From Mytilus californianus (lineage: Eukaryota), in assembly GCF_021869535.1 (NCBI RefSeq), contig NW_026262723.1:40424001-40488000 (forward strand): DNA of 64,000 bases, read 5' to 3'. The notes beneath the pieces were generated by a model. It did not search any database and was not told the origin of the DNA. It worked only from the letters and a program-made list of their open reading frames with translations. The position numbers and the translations under genes are program-made. How positions within the stretch are numbered: position 1 is the stretch's first letter; every line of letters begins with the position of its first letter. Positions 25,961 to 39,000 of the stretch are shown here, piece after piece.

Positions 25961-27019
25961 CACGTCAAATGTATATTACGGCTAGTCGTACACTTATATA
26001 TTACAAGTTATTAGTTTGAAACATTTACCAAATTCGTATACTCAAAGGGAAATAAATCTAATTCCATTATTTAACAATTGGTCAAAATAGAGGATTACAG
26101 CACCCTTATTTCTGAGAGAAGGATGAGAATGTCATGAGGCAAGTATATACGTAGGACTTTTATTGAGGAACACATTGCTTCATACGCCTTAATCAGAAAG
26201 TGATTACATTTGAAACTTGCACAAACAGTTTTTAGAATAATTTCCGTTCAGTGTCATGATAACTTTAGAAGACTCGCTAAGCCGTAGAGCTTGATGTATT
26301 GCATCAACACTTGTATATTGTTGACTGTGTGTTGACCTCAAAATAATTCCTACAGATTTCTTTCAAATGTCCCTCCAACTCCTGTTTAAAGTATAAGTTA
26401 ACGTACACGAACTAAATGTTTTTATTACAAGAATCATTGTGGAGAAATGGAAAAATTGAAAGACCGACCTTTTTTTGTATAAAAATGGTAACCAGGTATA
26501 ATTCAAAATATTCTTTAGAAAACATGAAAATGTCTGTAACAAATAGTCCCTTACGCCCTCATACATATCTCTTCCGTTTTTGTATTTCGAACTGTTTTAG
26601 TCAGCGATCTTCATATTAATTAATTTTAGTGGAAACCTGATGAAATTAAGTGCACAAATGACTGACATACTTGATATTTTACATACTTTTTGGTTGATCG
26701 TTAAGGAATATAGGTATAACATATAACGTTACTAGGGATATGTTCTAACTGTCTTCTCCGTCATCTTTTGAACGGCTGTGACATTGCCAATGAGACTCAT
26801 CAGCGATTTCATACTAACCATGAGCAACATGACGTCCAGTCAAAACATGTTATGTTTTACATAATTATCAACTCTGCTTTGTTCTAATGGATACGCTTAG
26901 ATGTGCCTTTTTACGTATTCAAAAGGTTACATTCCTCAGGAAGACATGTCAACTATATAAACAATTTGTTGTGACTCCGATACTTATAGTTATCAAAGGT
27001 ACCAGGATTATAATTTAAT

Positions 27020-27063
27020 GCGCCAGACGCGCGTTTCGTCTACATAAGACTCATCAGTGACGC
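27020..27063 (-). ncRNA. Minimal type I hammerhead ribozyme within a truncated retrozyme/PLE-type repeat (~26986-27170)
   Basis: Minus strand reads GCGUCA CUGAUGA GUC-UUAUGUA-GAC GAAA C-GCGC-G UC^UGGCGC. The core is complete, stem II has 3 bp, stem I has 6 bp (one G-U), and stem III is short with a palindromic loop. Confidence 0.88.
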
Positions 27064-27580
27064 TCAGATCAAAAAAGTTATACAGCCAAACAAGTACAAA
27101 GTTGAAGAGCATTGAGGACCCAAAATTTCAATTTAAACATAGCGGAGAAGCAGCAAATACATGTACCAATTTTCAATTCCTTGGTTTTCTCAAGCCATGG
27201 GTCGAATCACAATCTCTAGAACTCGAGGTAAACACGAGACAAGCGATGCAGTTTGTGCAGGATACAAAAAATACAGTTACACGTTATATATATATTAAAA
27301 TATTGGTGTAATCACTGACTCATTAAAATATTAAAAATAATGTATAATAGACCATTTAGGTAGACATGGAAATTTTGACATGTTATGACGTCTAATGTGG
27401 CATTTGTCACTAAATTAAGAGAAGAACTATGAATGAATGAAACTAAAAGGAGTTGTCGTACATAAAGTTGCTTATTTATATATGTTGGTTGTGGATTTTG
27501 TATGCTTTACGCCATAACAATAACTGCTGTAACATAAGTATCATCAAATTTGTCGATTGATTTGTTTTCTTCTTCTCTAG

Positions 27581-29850
27581 GTTGAATGAATGGATGGACA
27601 CAATTTGAAAACAAATGCTATGCTATTTGTTCAGTCGGCAGGTGGAATCATGGATTGAAGCATCGGTTAGTGGATTGCAGGATTGTTTGCTGCTTATATA
27701 ATTTCAATTATTTATCTTTTTATTCAATTATTGTTCATCTTCATTTCAAATCTCGTGTTTTTAGCCTAACTTGGCGATAACGAATGGTACAATTATTTAC
27801 TTAATAACCAATACAAAACTGATATTATGGGGGTGAAAAGGTAACTTCTGCTGACTGCTATTCGCCATTTATTCAATTATTTAAAAAAAAAATCCAATAT
27901 AATCATTGAACAAACTGTCTTAAGATCATGGCAATTCTTACACATATAACAACAATGAAGTTACCATTGTTCAGAATGTCTAAAACGACCCAGAATTCTT
28001 TAAGCAATTGATTTTAAACAAAGCGTTATGCTCGTAACTACTGAATCAAGGCATTTATTTTCCTATGGAATAAGACTTTTACAATATGACCCTATTTATC
28101 TGTTTATAAACCTAATCCCTTATCTAACGGACTATATGATTTATCAACTATAAATGCACTACAAATACCCTGACATTGAATCTTTTAAAGATAGATATAT
28201 GGATTCGAGGGTCACAAAAATAAACCCCGAAAAAATCACTTAACTATCTTATGATATAAAATTTTACAGGAGTATATTATAAGTTTTAAGCATTCCTTAT
28301 GATATAACTTAAAGTATTTCATTTTTTTCATACAGGTAGTTCTTAAGCTTAATTTTTTTTCAAATGTTTTTCTATCTGTAAGACTCGAATTGTCCACCGG
28401 TCAGTTTGACATGTTCTCTTTAAAAGACAGTTTGTGGTGGATTTCGTTCTAAAGTTGCTGAGCCTATAAATACCAACACATCTCATTTCCTGATAAGTCA
28501 CAGTCAGATCATAGGTAATTTTTAATAGAATTATAAGCATAAAAAGAAACGAAAACAACACCGGAAAAACGACAAAACACAACAAAAAACAAATGATATT
28601 ACATGCAGAATGATTTTATGATTATCCTTATAACGAAGGAAACACATATTTTTTAATTTTCGTTATCCTAACAACTACTGCATGGACTAAAGTTCTCACA
28701 CCTTAAAACAAGATAAACCTAACCTTCGATTTGTAAAATCTTTAAATTTCAATGCTAAAAAAGAGACTGAAGACACGAAAAGGTCAATTAAAATTAAAAG
28801 TTGAAGAAAGTCGACCGCTCCATGGCAAAAACTAAAACCAACGAAAAATACAAACAACAGTATACAAAACACCACTCAAAAACTTAACACTAAGCAACAC
28901 GAATCCCATCAAATACCTGATATGATATCAGGTGCACCGGAAGGGTTAATATATCCTGCTCTCCTTGTGGTACCCATCGTGTTGCTCAAGTACATATTCG
29001 CTGATTAATCTCCTCCTCTCTATAAAAAGGCATAAAACTAAACAATAATGTCCACCATCACAACAGCTTTCATGGATCATGCTTAACGACTTCAAAACGG
29101 AGACATTTTTGTCAGCAGAAAATTGCTACCAGAACAAACTAAAGGCTGTGGGCTTGTGTACAACAAGGCGAATCAACATTATGTATACAATTAACTAAGA
29201 AGATTGTTTAAACATGTTCAAATCTAAATGTACGTAAAATGAATACGCAGTATAAAATTATTACTTATATCACAGATGTATTGAAAAAAGTGGGAATGGG
29301 TGGACGGAAATTAAACATTACATTCTGCAAGTGTGCATGACTGATATAGAATTTAAAAAAAAACGATGATAAATGAGGATTTACTTAATGTTTGCAACGA
29401 TATAAATTTCAACAAATATGAAGGAAAACCAATTTGAAAAATTTATAAAAATCTTTGAATAAACAAGGAAGAGTACACTATTACAACAAAGATATAAAAA
29501 AAGATGAAAAAAAAAGCAATAAACAGCTAAATCCCTCCTTTTTTGCTTTAAGAAAATAAAGCCATTTTCCGCTACTTTTGACAGATTCAAGTATTGTGCA
29601 TTTCATTTAAATGTTTTTTACTTCGAAGCGGTCACTTCTGGATAGGCATATCGGATAAAGTTCAAGAGAGAAAGTGAATATACTCAAAAGGACAGATTCC
29701 GATAAAAGTCAACATTTTTTTAACCAGGGAAACCAAATTCTATGACATCCGCAACTTGTGTCGCTTTGTTAGCTGGCTACTTTGGATACTGGGGCACATG
29801 GGATATGTCTTGCAAGTTACTAGTTCATTTGTGAAGCAGATAATAAGTTA
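27581..29850 (+). pseudogene. C-type lectin 2 pseudogene (subtype II, paralog of CTL4)
   Basis: Exon 2 at 27581-27665 has TGC>TGA and a 5-bp TGCTA duplication (85 vs 80 bp). Exon 3 at 28427-28514 is open (TVCGGFRSKVAEPINTNTSHFLISHSQII). Exon 4 at ~29629-29850 has a Trp TGG>TGA and several indels relative to 52551-52767. The signal-peptide exon is absent. Confidence 0.9.
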
Positions 29851-31451
29851 GATTAAAGTGACAAATACAATAAAGCAAAATACAATGCAAAACTTCAGTT
29901 AAAACAAAGAAAAGAACCAGTATACTTATTTAAGATAAAATTCATGATCTAGTTTTGAAAAAAAATGTTTCAGGGAAAATCTTCATCAGGTTCAATCGGG
30001 ATCGAAAGTTTGGAAAGGCTAAAACATAAATAGAACGTTCAGGAGATTAATAACGAATGAGAGACACACCAGGATACCAAAACCGTCTAAGGTTAAACTT
30101 GCCTTATAGAGTTGTAACTTAGTTTTAATGTATTCATTAAACTGTTCAGTGGTTGTCGTTTGTTGAAGTGGTTTATATGTGTTTCACGTTTCTCATTTTT
30201 ATATACAGATTAGACTGTTGGTTTTCCTGTTTGAATGGTTTTACGCTAGTCATTTTTGAGGCCCTTTATAGCTTACTGTTCGGTGTGAGCCAAGGGTCCG
30301 TGTTGAAGGCCGTACTTTGACCTATAATGGTTTACTTTTACAAATTGTGACTTGGATTGAGAATTGTCTCATTGGCACTCATACCATATCTTCTTATATC
30401 TATATATAATATCAATGGAAAATTCATAATCACAATGAATCATTTAAGTCATGCCAGTATAGACTCAAATTATCGTTTGTGTTTGCAGTTTTGATTTTTC
30501 TGTATTATACATTGAATTACTAGCATTTGAATGATTTTGGAGGAAAACGTTGTATTACTGTTAAGTTTAACAATCGTTTGCAATTTGTATTCAATAATTT
30601 TGTCGAATGGAAGACTATAAAGAAAAAAGTCAAATACGTTCTTATGCTTGTTGTGATAGTGATGAAAATCAAACTATTTGTCAGCAGTATAAAATGACGA
30701 ATTTAATTTTGATTTAAGATAAACTACATTTAGCACGCGACGGGTTTGATATATTTGTAAATGACAAAACTTTCTTTTCATGGCGACCGTAGTATTACCA
30801 CATCTCAATGCAACACATTTTTAGATTAAATAAATAAACTAAATATCAAAAATGCATGCTTAGGTATCAAGAGGTAGTAACTGTATTGGCACACTGAATT
30901 ACTCAATATTATATAAACCTTTTTAAAACTAATTGTATTCTGAATTAAGATAAATAGGGCTCAGAAAGAACAATGACAAAGTCTGCTCCAGAGTAAACGT
31001 AACTCTAAAAACTAAAATCGTCTTGTTAAAAAAAATTCTAAATTTATCCAAACATTTGACTTGTCAACACTTAAAATGTTCCTTTTATATCATGATTAAA
31101 TGAAAGTTCTTCTGAAAATCTAATAAATCAATAGTATATCAGAGTGGCAAAGATGGTATACATATTTGGTTCTAGGTATAAATCAGAGTAAAACGTACAA
31201 TTAAAAAGAACCCAGTATATAGCATACTGCGTTTAACTAACAAACGATACCATTCTTAGAATTTAGTACGCTAGACGCGTTTCTCGTGTATATAAGACTA
31301 ATCTGTAGCCTTCTGATAAAAACAGTTAGAAAATCAAATCAATATCAATAACAAAGTTGAAGATTATTTAAAACCGAAAATTCCAAAAAGAAGTTGGCTG
31401 AGGCCAGCTGTGCCATGGTTAAAAAAAACTTTAGTGTTTCTAATAATATTT

Positions 31452-31610
31452 AAAGAATGACTGTAATATTTTTTCTGTCTATGAAGAAATAACATAAAAA
31501 ATGTGGTGCACACTGAATAACCCGCGTAGCGGATTATTCAAAAGTGTGCACCACTTTTTTTTTTAGCTTATTTCGAATAGACAGAAAAAATATTACAGTC
31601 ATTCCTTATA
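31452..31610. mobile_element. Palindromic MITE (~160 bp)
   Basis: aagaatgactgtaatattttttctgtctat ... atagacagaaaaaatattacagtcattcctt, with an inner palindrome ggtgcacactgaataa ... ttattcaaaagtgtgcacc. Confidence 0.8.
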
Positions 31611-33020
31611 ATTTAATTCTAAATTCCATTTTTAAGGAACAAATCATGAAAAAACGTTGAAGATGACAAAATTATGTCTATGAGCTGATAGACAAATACT
31701 TTCAGCCAATCAGAAGACGTGCTACATCCAAAATTAAATTATTAACATTTAATGAACAGTAAGTTCACAGAAAATTACTGTAGACATGCTACTTCATGTC
31801 TGCACAGAAATGCTGATTACTGGGTCGTTGATACATGTATAAATAATCTCATTTTATCATTTGCAATATTGGTTTACCCTATTACAAATCGGTTTAAAAG
31901 ACAAATCAAGGTTACAAACACAATCTGAATTAATCGCATGAACTCCAAAGGGAGCATGACCAGATGTGTCAACAGGATAAACGTTTCTTGCAATGCAGGC
32001 ACCAGCCGCACTTTGAATCCACACTCAACAAAATGTCATAATCGGGAATGGGATACGATCGGTAAAGTTACAAATTATACGACTTTTCTTTTATCTAAAG
32101 ATCTAAGAGTGCGAAAACATATTGCTTGTGAGTTAAGACACAGACGTATTGTTTCGAAGTCGTGATGGAGACCGTAAAAACGTTATTTTGTCGATTTTGG
32201 TCGTTCTTCCACATAACTCTGTTTGAGCAGTTTTGGTATTTGATAGACATAGATCAGTCAGCGACAAGTACTTTTAATACCGTACACAATTCAGAATTCC
32301 ATGACTTCGTGTATTGTAACATTTGGTGGTCAAATTACTTTTAAAACGGGTATCAGTAATGAATATACCACAGACTTTATAGTTTTTACGATCTACAAAT
32401 GCCGTTTGTGTTTCAAAGAAATCTTGCTATGATACATAAGTTGAAAATAATACCATAATTTTTTACTATTTTGTATTTAAATGTAGCGTAGAATACATAA
32501 AAGAATTGCGGAAGATACCAAAGGGATATTCAAACTCATAGGATAAAGACATACTGACAACATCATGGCAAAAAACGTAAAACGACCAAAAATACAAACA
32601 GTTTACGAAGCACAACATAGAAAAATAAAAACTGAGCAACACGAAAGCCACCAAAAATTGAGGTGGATCTCAGATACCACAGAAGGGATAGCAGATCCTG
32701 CTCCACCTATGACACTCGTCGTTTTACTTCCATAAAATACGCTGAAAAGTTATATCAAGTGATTAGGCATCATGGCATCATGGGATAGCGGACTGGTAAT
32801 TGGCTCTTATATTAGACAAAGACATAACCAAATTCGTAAATCATTGGTCTTGTAAGTTTTTTTACACTAAAACTTGACCGAATGTGAAATTTTGAAGTTG
32901 AAACACGTTTTTCATAACAAAAGATAGTTGATAAACTTTGACAACTTGGTAATATGAATTCAAATCTGTAGAATGCTTGACTTTTCTACCTATATATAGC
33001 TACTATCAGTTTTATTACAA

Positions 33021-36000
33021 ATGGGAATACAGGTCATTAATTTCGTGGTGTTTCTGTGTTGTTTTTCGTCTATAAGTTGTAAGTAACTATTCAATTTAGC
33101 TTCAGCAAATAGGCGATGACATAGATTTTTATATAAAAAATCCAAATTTTGGCATATTAGAAAATAGAAAAAAGTATTCCACGGTGTCTTCTTCCTTTTC
33201 CTCTAATATAATTGTAGGAATTTTCATATTCAAATAAAATGCCCGTAAAATCGGAAAAACACAGTTTGAAGTTTGTCTGAAAGGGCTCATTTTTCAAAAA
33301 CCAAACCAATAAAATGTTGTTGCTAGATACATATTAATTTATATACGTCTATGTCAGATAGACTTAATCCAACGACAAACACATTTAACCAAAAGACCTT
33401 TAGCGGGAAACATTCAGTGTTCAACATTAGACAAGTGTCTTTATACGTCTATGTCAGACAGACTTAATCCAACGCCAAACACATTTAACCAAAAGACCTT
33501 TAGCGGGAAACATACAGTCTTCAACATTAGACAGTTGTCTATATACGTCTATGTCAGATAGACTTAATCCAACGACAATCACATTTAACCAAAAGACCTT
33601 TAGCGGGAAACATACAGTCTTCAACATTAGACAGGTGTCTACATACGTCTATGTCAGACAGACTTAATCCAACGACAAACACATTTAACCAAAAGACCTT
33701 TAGCGGGAAACATAAAGTCTTCAACATTAGACAGGTGTCTATATACGTCTATGTCAGATAGACTTATTCCAACGACAAACACATTTAACCAAAAGACCTT
33801 TAGCGGGAAACATACAGTCTTCAATATTAGACAGGTGTCTATATACGTCTATGTCAGATAGATTTAATCCAACGACAAACATGTTTAACCAAAAGACCTT
33901 TAGCGGGAAACATACAGTCTTCAACATTAGACAGGTGTCTATATACGTCTATGTCAGATAGACTTAATCCAACGCCAAACACATTTAACCAAAAGACCTT
34001 TAGCGGGAAACATTCAGTATTCAACATTAGACAGGTGTCTTTATACGTCTATGTCAGACAGACTTAATCCAACGACAAACATGTTTAACCAAAAGACCTT
34101 TATCGGGAAACATACAGTCTTCAACATTAGACAGGTGTCTATATACGTCTATGTCAGATAGACTTAATCCAACGCCAAACACATTTAACCAAAAGACCTT
34201 TAGCGGGAAACATTCAGTGTTCAACATTAGACAAGTGTCTTTATACGTCTATGTCAGACAGACTTAATCCAACGACAAACACATTTAACCAAAAGACCTT
34301 TAGCGGGAAACATACAGTCTTCACATTAGACAGGTGTCTAGATACGTCTATGTCAGATAGACTTAATCCAACGACAAACACATTTAACCTAAAGACCTTT
34401 AGTGGGAAACATACAGTCTTCAACATTAGACAGGTGTCTATATACGTCTATGTCAGATAGACTTAATCCAATGACAAACACATTTAACCAAAAGACCTTT
34501 AGCAGGAAACATACAGTCTTCAACATTAGACAGGTGTCTATATACGTCTATGTCAGATAGACTTAATCCAACGACAAACACATTTAACCAAAAGACCTTT
34601 AGCGGGAAACATACAGTCTTCAACATTAGACAGGTGTCTATATACGTCTATGTCAGATAGACTTAATCCAACGACAAACACATTTAACCAAAAGACCTTT
34701 AGCGGAAAACATACAGTCTTCAACATTAGACAGGTGTCTATATACGTCTATATCAGATAGACTTAATCCAACGCCAAACACATTTAACCAAAAGACCTTT
34801 AGCGGGAAACATACAGTCTTCAACATTAGACAGGTGTCTATATACGTCTATATCAGATAGACTTAATCCAACGCCAAACACATTTAACCAAAAGACCTTT
34901 AGCGGGAAACATACAGTCTTCAACATTAGACAGGTGTCTATATACGTCTATGTCAGATAGACTTAATCCGACGACAAACACTTTTAACCAAAAGACCTTT
35001 AGCGGGAAACATACAGTCTTCAACATTAGACAGGTGTCTATATAATAAGACAAGCTCTAAATCGTTCCGAGTATATAAACGTTGTAAACAAATTAAATAG
35101 AAACGAGTATTAGCTTTCAGTCAATGCCAAATTCTCAAAAAAAAATAAATACGATAAGACTACATGCAAGGATCCTGACTATATTTGGGGAAGTAAAATT
35201 ATTTTTTTGAAACTTTTAATATAGACCAGTGGATTAAAAAACGAAAATAAAAGAACATACAACAAAATGAAGTACATGACATACACTTAAATTAAAATAC
35301 CGGTATAATATCTTTGCAGTTTATCAGAGCAAGATCAACGTATTAACCTGCTGATAAGAAATCATGCCGTCCCCACTATTCAATAATGTTCTTGGTGGAG
35401 AAAACGTATTTATTTCTTTTCACCCCAAAACGCCACATTAAATGACGTATGATACAACAAAATTAATTTGGTGAAACATTCAACATCATTAAAGACCACT
35501 TATCCATTTCTGATAAAAGAAAAGAAAACATCGATGAGCCAGTTTTGGAAGGATGGGGATTTGTAAAGATACTATTCAGAGGGTTTTCATTTTAAGCGTT
35601 TGTACACAATTAAAACAGTTAACATTTACCTTTCGAACTTTTTATAAAAATTGAAAACTGCCTAAATTTTATACAATATCTGTTGACATGTAGCGTTCCT
35701 TTACAATGAAGATAAATCCTGCCATGAAACTATGAAAGCACGAATAAAAATCAACTCGAATAAAAAACAACACGAATTGCAAAACAGGAAGAAACGGGTT
35801 CATGGATTAATCGTTTTCTTTGAAAGAAATGTAGTCCTTTCGTATCCTGAATAAACATGAAATATTGGCCACTGAACATTAAGTAAACATGGTCATTCGG
35901 GGCCATTTATAGCTTTCTATATGAAATTGGTTTTCTCATTATAGATGAAATGGCCATACGGTTAACTCTGATTGTAACATATCAATTAAAAATATAACAG

Positions 36001-39000
36001 AGTCTCGGATACGATTTTGAAAAATACAAACTTTATTAAAAAACATTGATGCGAATTTCACTGCGCACAGCATGGATGTCTCTTTAATACGCATCAACAG
36101 ATAAACATGACATCAAAATGTATGAAAGCCAAAGACAATTGATTGCATTATTCTCTGTAATATTAATACCTTATTAATAATCTTTTCTTGGGGTAGAAAC
36201 CCCTTATTATTTAACCGCATAGCACCGCTGTTTCATTAATTCAGTCTTTAATCAATCCTTTGACAAGGTATCAGACGCGTAAAGTATACCCTTGAAAATC
36301 CCTTTGGTATCTTTGGCCTCTCTTTTTAATTGGGATTAAAAAGAAGAACAGGAAATTTACCAACAATGGTATCGAATGAATAGAACTTTCCTTTATTGAA
36401 CGACAGTTTTTTTCAGCTTTTGTTGTAGAAACAATATCATTACTCATATTATTTTTTATCATATGCATACAATGCGTCTTATAAATTGATTTCGGGGTTA
36501 CATTATTGCCGAGAAATATAAGGATGAATTAAATTTTCGTTGAATTAACCTGCGTCTTATGTGTAATAATTAAAAAATACGGCATTAATTGGCTATTTTG
36601 TCACAGTTATAACTTCCTCATACAGAAATGTTGTTATATTTTTGAGCTTTTAAAGTTTTTGGTATAAATATGTTTGTGGCTTTGAGTGCGTACCTGAAAA
36701 AAAAAACCCAGTGTAAATCTCTAAAATCACTTTTAAAGCAGTAAAATAACTACTTGTTGGTTTTTTTTTAGAAAAAGAATAATAACGATTAAATATGCCC
36801 TGCTAAATCAAGGTACTAAAAGGATTGAATAATGATACGTTTTGTACAAAATTTCAAACAACTACTCGAAAGCAAAATTTCAAAATAGAGTTCATATTTA
36901 TTCATTAGCATAAAAATATGAAAACATTATTACATGTAACTTCGATTGTTGTTTGAACTCCAACACTGTCTTGTGATATTATGACATATCTATGACTGAG
37001 GACTCCTGGAGGCAAACTGAGTTGATTTTAACAAAAAAGCATACAGCCAGTAGAATGTATGTTCTATACCTTACTCCATTGGTTGTACAATATATTAAGA
37101 ATTACATCTCTCAGTTTTTATTCTGATGAATCAGAGAGAAAAGAGAATATTGTTTGAATAATTTGCAAATAGTAGTGAACACTGGACAACAGCATGGCAA
37201 AAACGACAAAAAAGAGAAGAACAAAAAAAGAGAACAACAACCGAATAACAGTCCACAGGACACACACAGAAAACTAAAGACTGATCATAACGAACATAAT
37301 CAAAAAAGGGAATTATTTCAGGTGCTCAAAAAGGTTAAGCATATCCTGCATCAAATATGGTACACGTTGTGTTTAATTTTGGTGATAAGTTTCATTTGAT
37401 CCTTGAAGTTTTATGAGCAAAATTAAGAACTTATAACACTTTTAAGGAAGCTATCAAACCAAGAGTTCCAAGTGGTGAAGTTGAAATCATCCCTTCGAAA
37501 ATTTTAAGGACGCCATCACGAGTTGGTTGACCGTTATGGAATATCCGTTTCACAGATGATAGCGGATATGTTTCAAATGTCGTAACTACAATCCCGTCCC
37601 CTTTTTCTCGAATGTGACCTACCGAATTAGACTTTTTACCGGGTTTGTATAAACATGAGCAACACGACGGGTGCCACATGTGGAACAGGATCAACTTACC
37701 CTTCCGGAGCACCTGAGATCACCCTCATTTTTTAATGGGGTTCGTGTTGCTCAGTCTTTAGTTTTCTATGTTGTTTTTTTAGTACTGTTGTTTGTCTGTT
37801 GATCTTTTTTCTTTTTTAGCCATGGCGTTGTCAGTTTATTTTCGACTTATGAGTTTGAATGTCCCTTTGGTATCTTTCGCCTCTCTTTTACTTTTTGCAT
37901 TATAACTCCTCTTTAGGCTGTAAAAATGGATGGACACAATTTGGAAATAAGTGTTACTTCTTCAGTCACCAAGTCGAACCATGGACTGATGCAATGGTAA
38001 GTAATACTGTTCTGACCAAATTTCTTAAGTCCCAGTTAGTTGTGTGTTTAGAATTCCAAAATTTTCAATACACACATCAAATAAAATATATCCTTAAAGT
38101 GAGATGACATTAAACAAATAGTTTCTTTTTTAAAGCACCTACTTAACATTTGACTATTTATATTGCATTCGAATTTTTATTGTCTGTTCTATCTTTCTGC
38201 CCGGTTGTCAAAATAGAAGGTGCAATTTCCGTCAAGTCAAGATAAAAAGTCAAGGACGGACATTATCTTATCCTACAGGGCTGTATGGATATAAAAAGCC
38301 TTTTCCGGTAACTCTAGTGGAAATGGTAAAACTGAATGAAAGCCAAAATATTTCTTTGAGGCTCAATTGTTAATCACTTACAACCATATAAAAATTTTAA
38401 TTTAATGAAAATGCATTTTTGACTTCAATAATTAACTACAATCAAGCTCATTGTTAATATATTTGCCAAACATGACTTCTCATACAGTTGACCGAAAACC
38501 AAAATACCACTATCTGCTAAACATGACTATCATATCCCTGTTTGAACATGTTGAATATCGAGAAAGATACAAAGGGGCAGTTAAAAACCATCGTAGAAGG
38601 GAAACAGACGACGCCTTGATAAAAAAAGGCGAACTGACAAACATCTACACCGACCAAATGGGTCCAGTTTAGAATTAAGTGTACCCGTGACATTTTGTTT
38701 GATACACTATTGATTTAAGTTTAATGTAACGACTCATTAAGGCGTCATAGAAAAGAGCTTTAACCAACAGTTTAACAAAATGTATAAAAATAAGAAGATG
38801 CGTGTAGTTAATTCACAAATTTGCAAACAAATTTCCTAACAGACACATATGTTTCTCAATTGAATTGTTTCATATTTTCATGTCGGGGCCTTTTATAGCC
38901 AACTATACGGTATTGCTTTTTCTTATTGTTGAAACCGTACGGTTGCTTACAATTGCTTAAATTCACTTTATTTGAACTTTGGTGGATAGTTGTCTCATTG

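Noticed and set aside
33341-35043. CRISPR-like array or coding repeat (ORFs 34241-34426, 34251-34460, 34853-35053)
   Set aside because: Units are contiguous with no unique spacers, the DNA is eukaryotic, and 100 bp is not a multiple of three. The ORFs are incidental.
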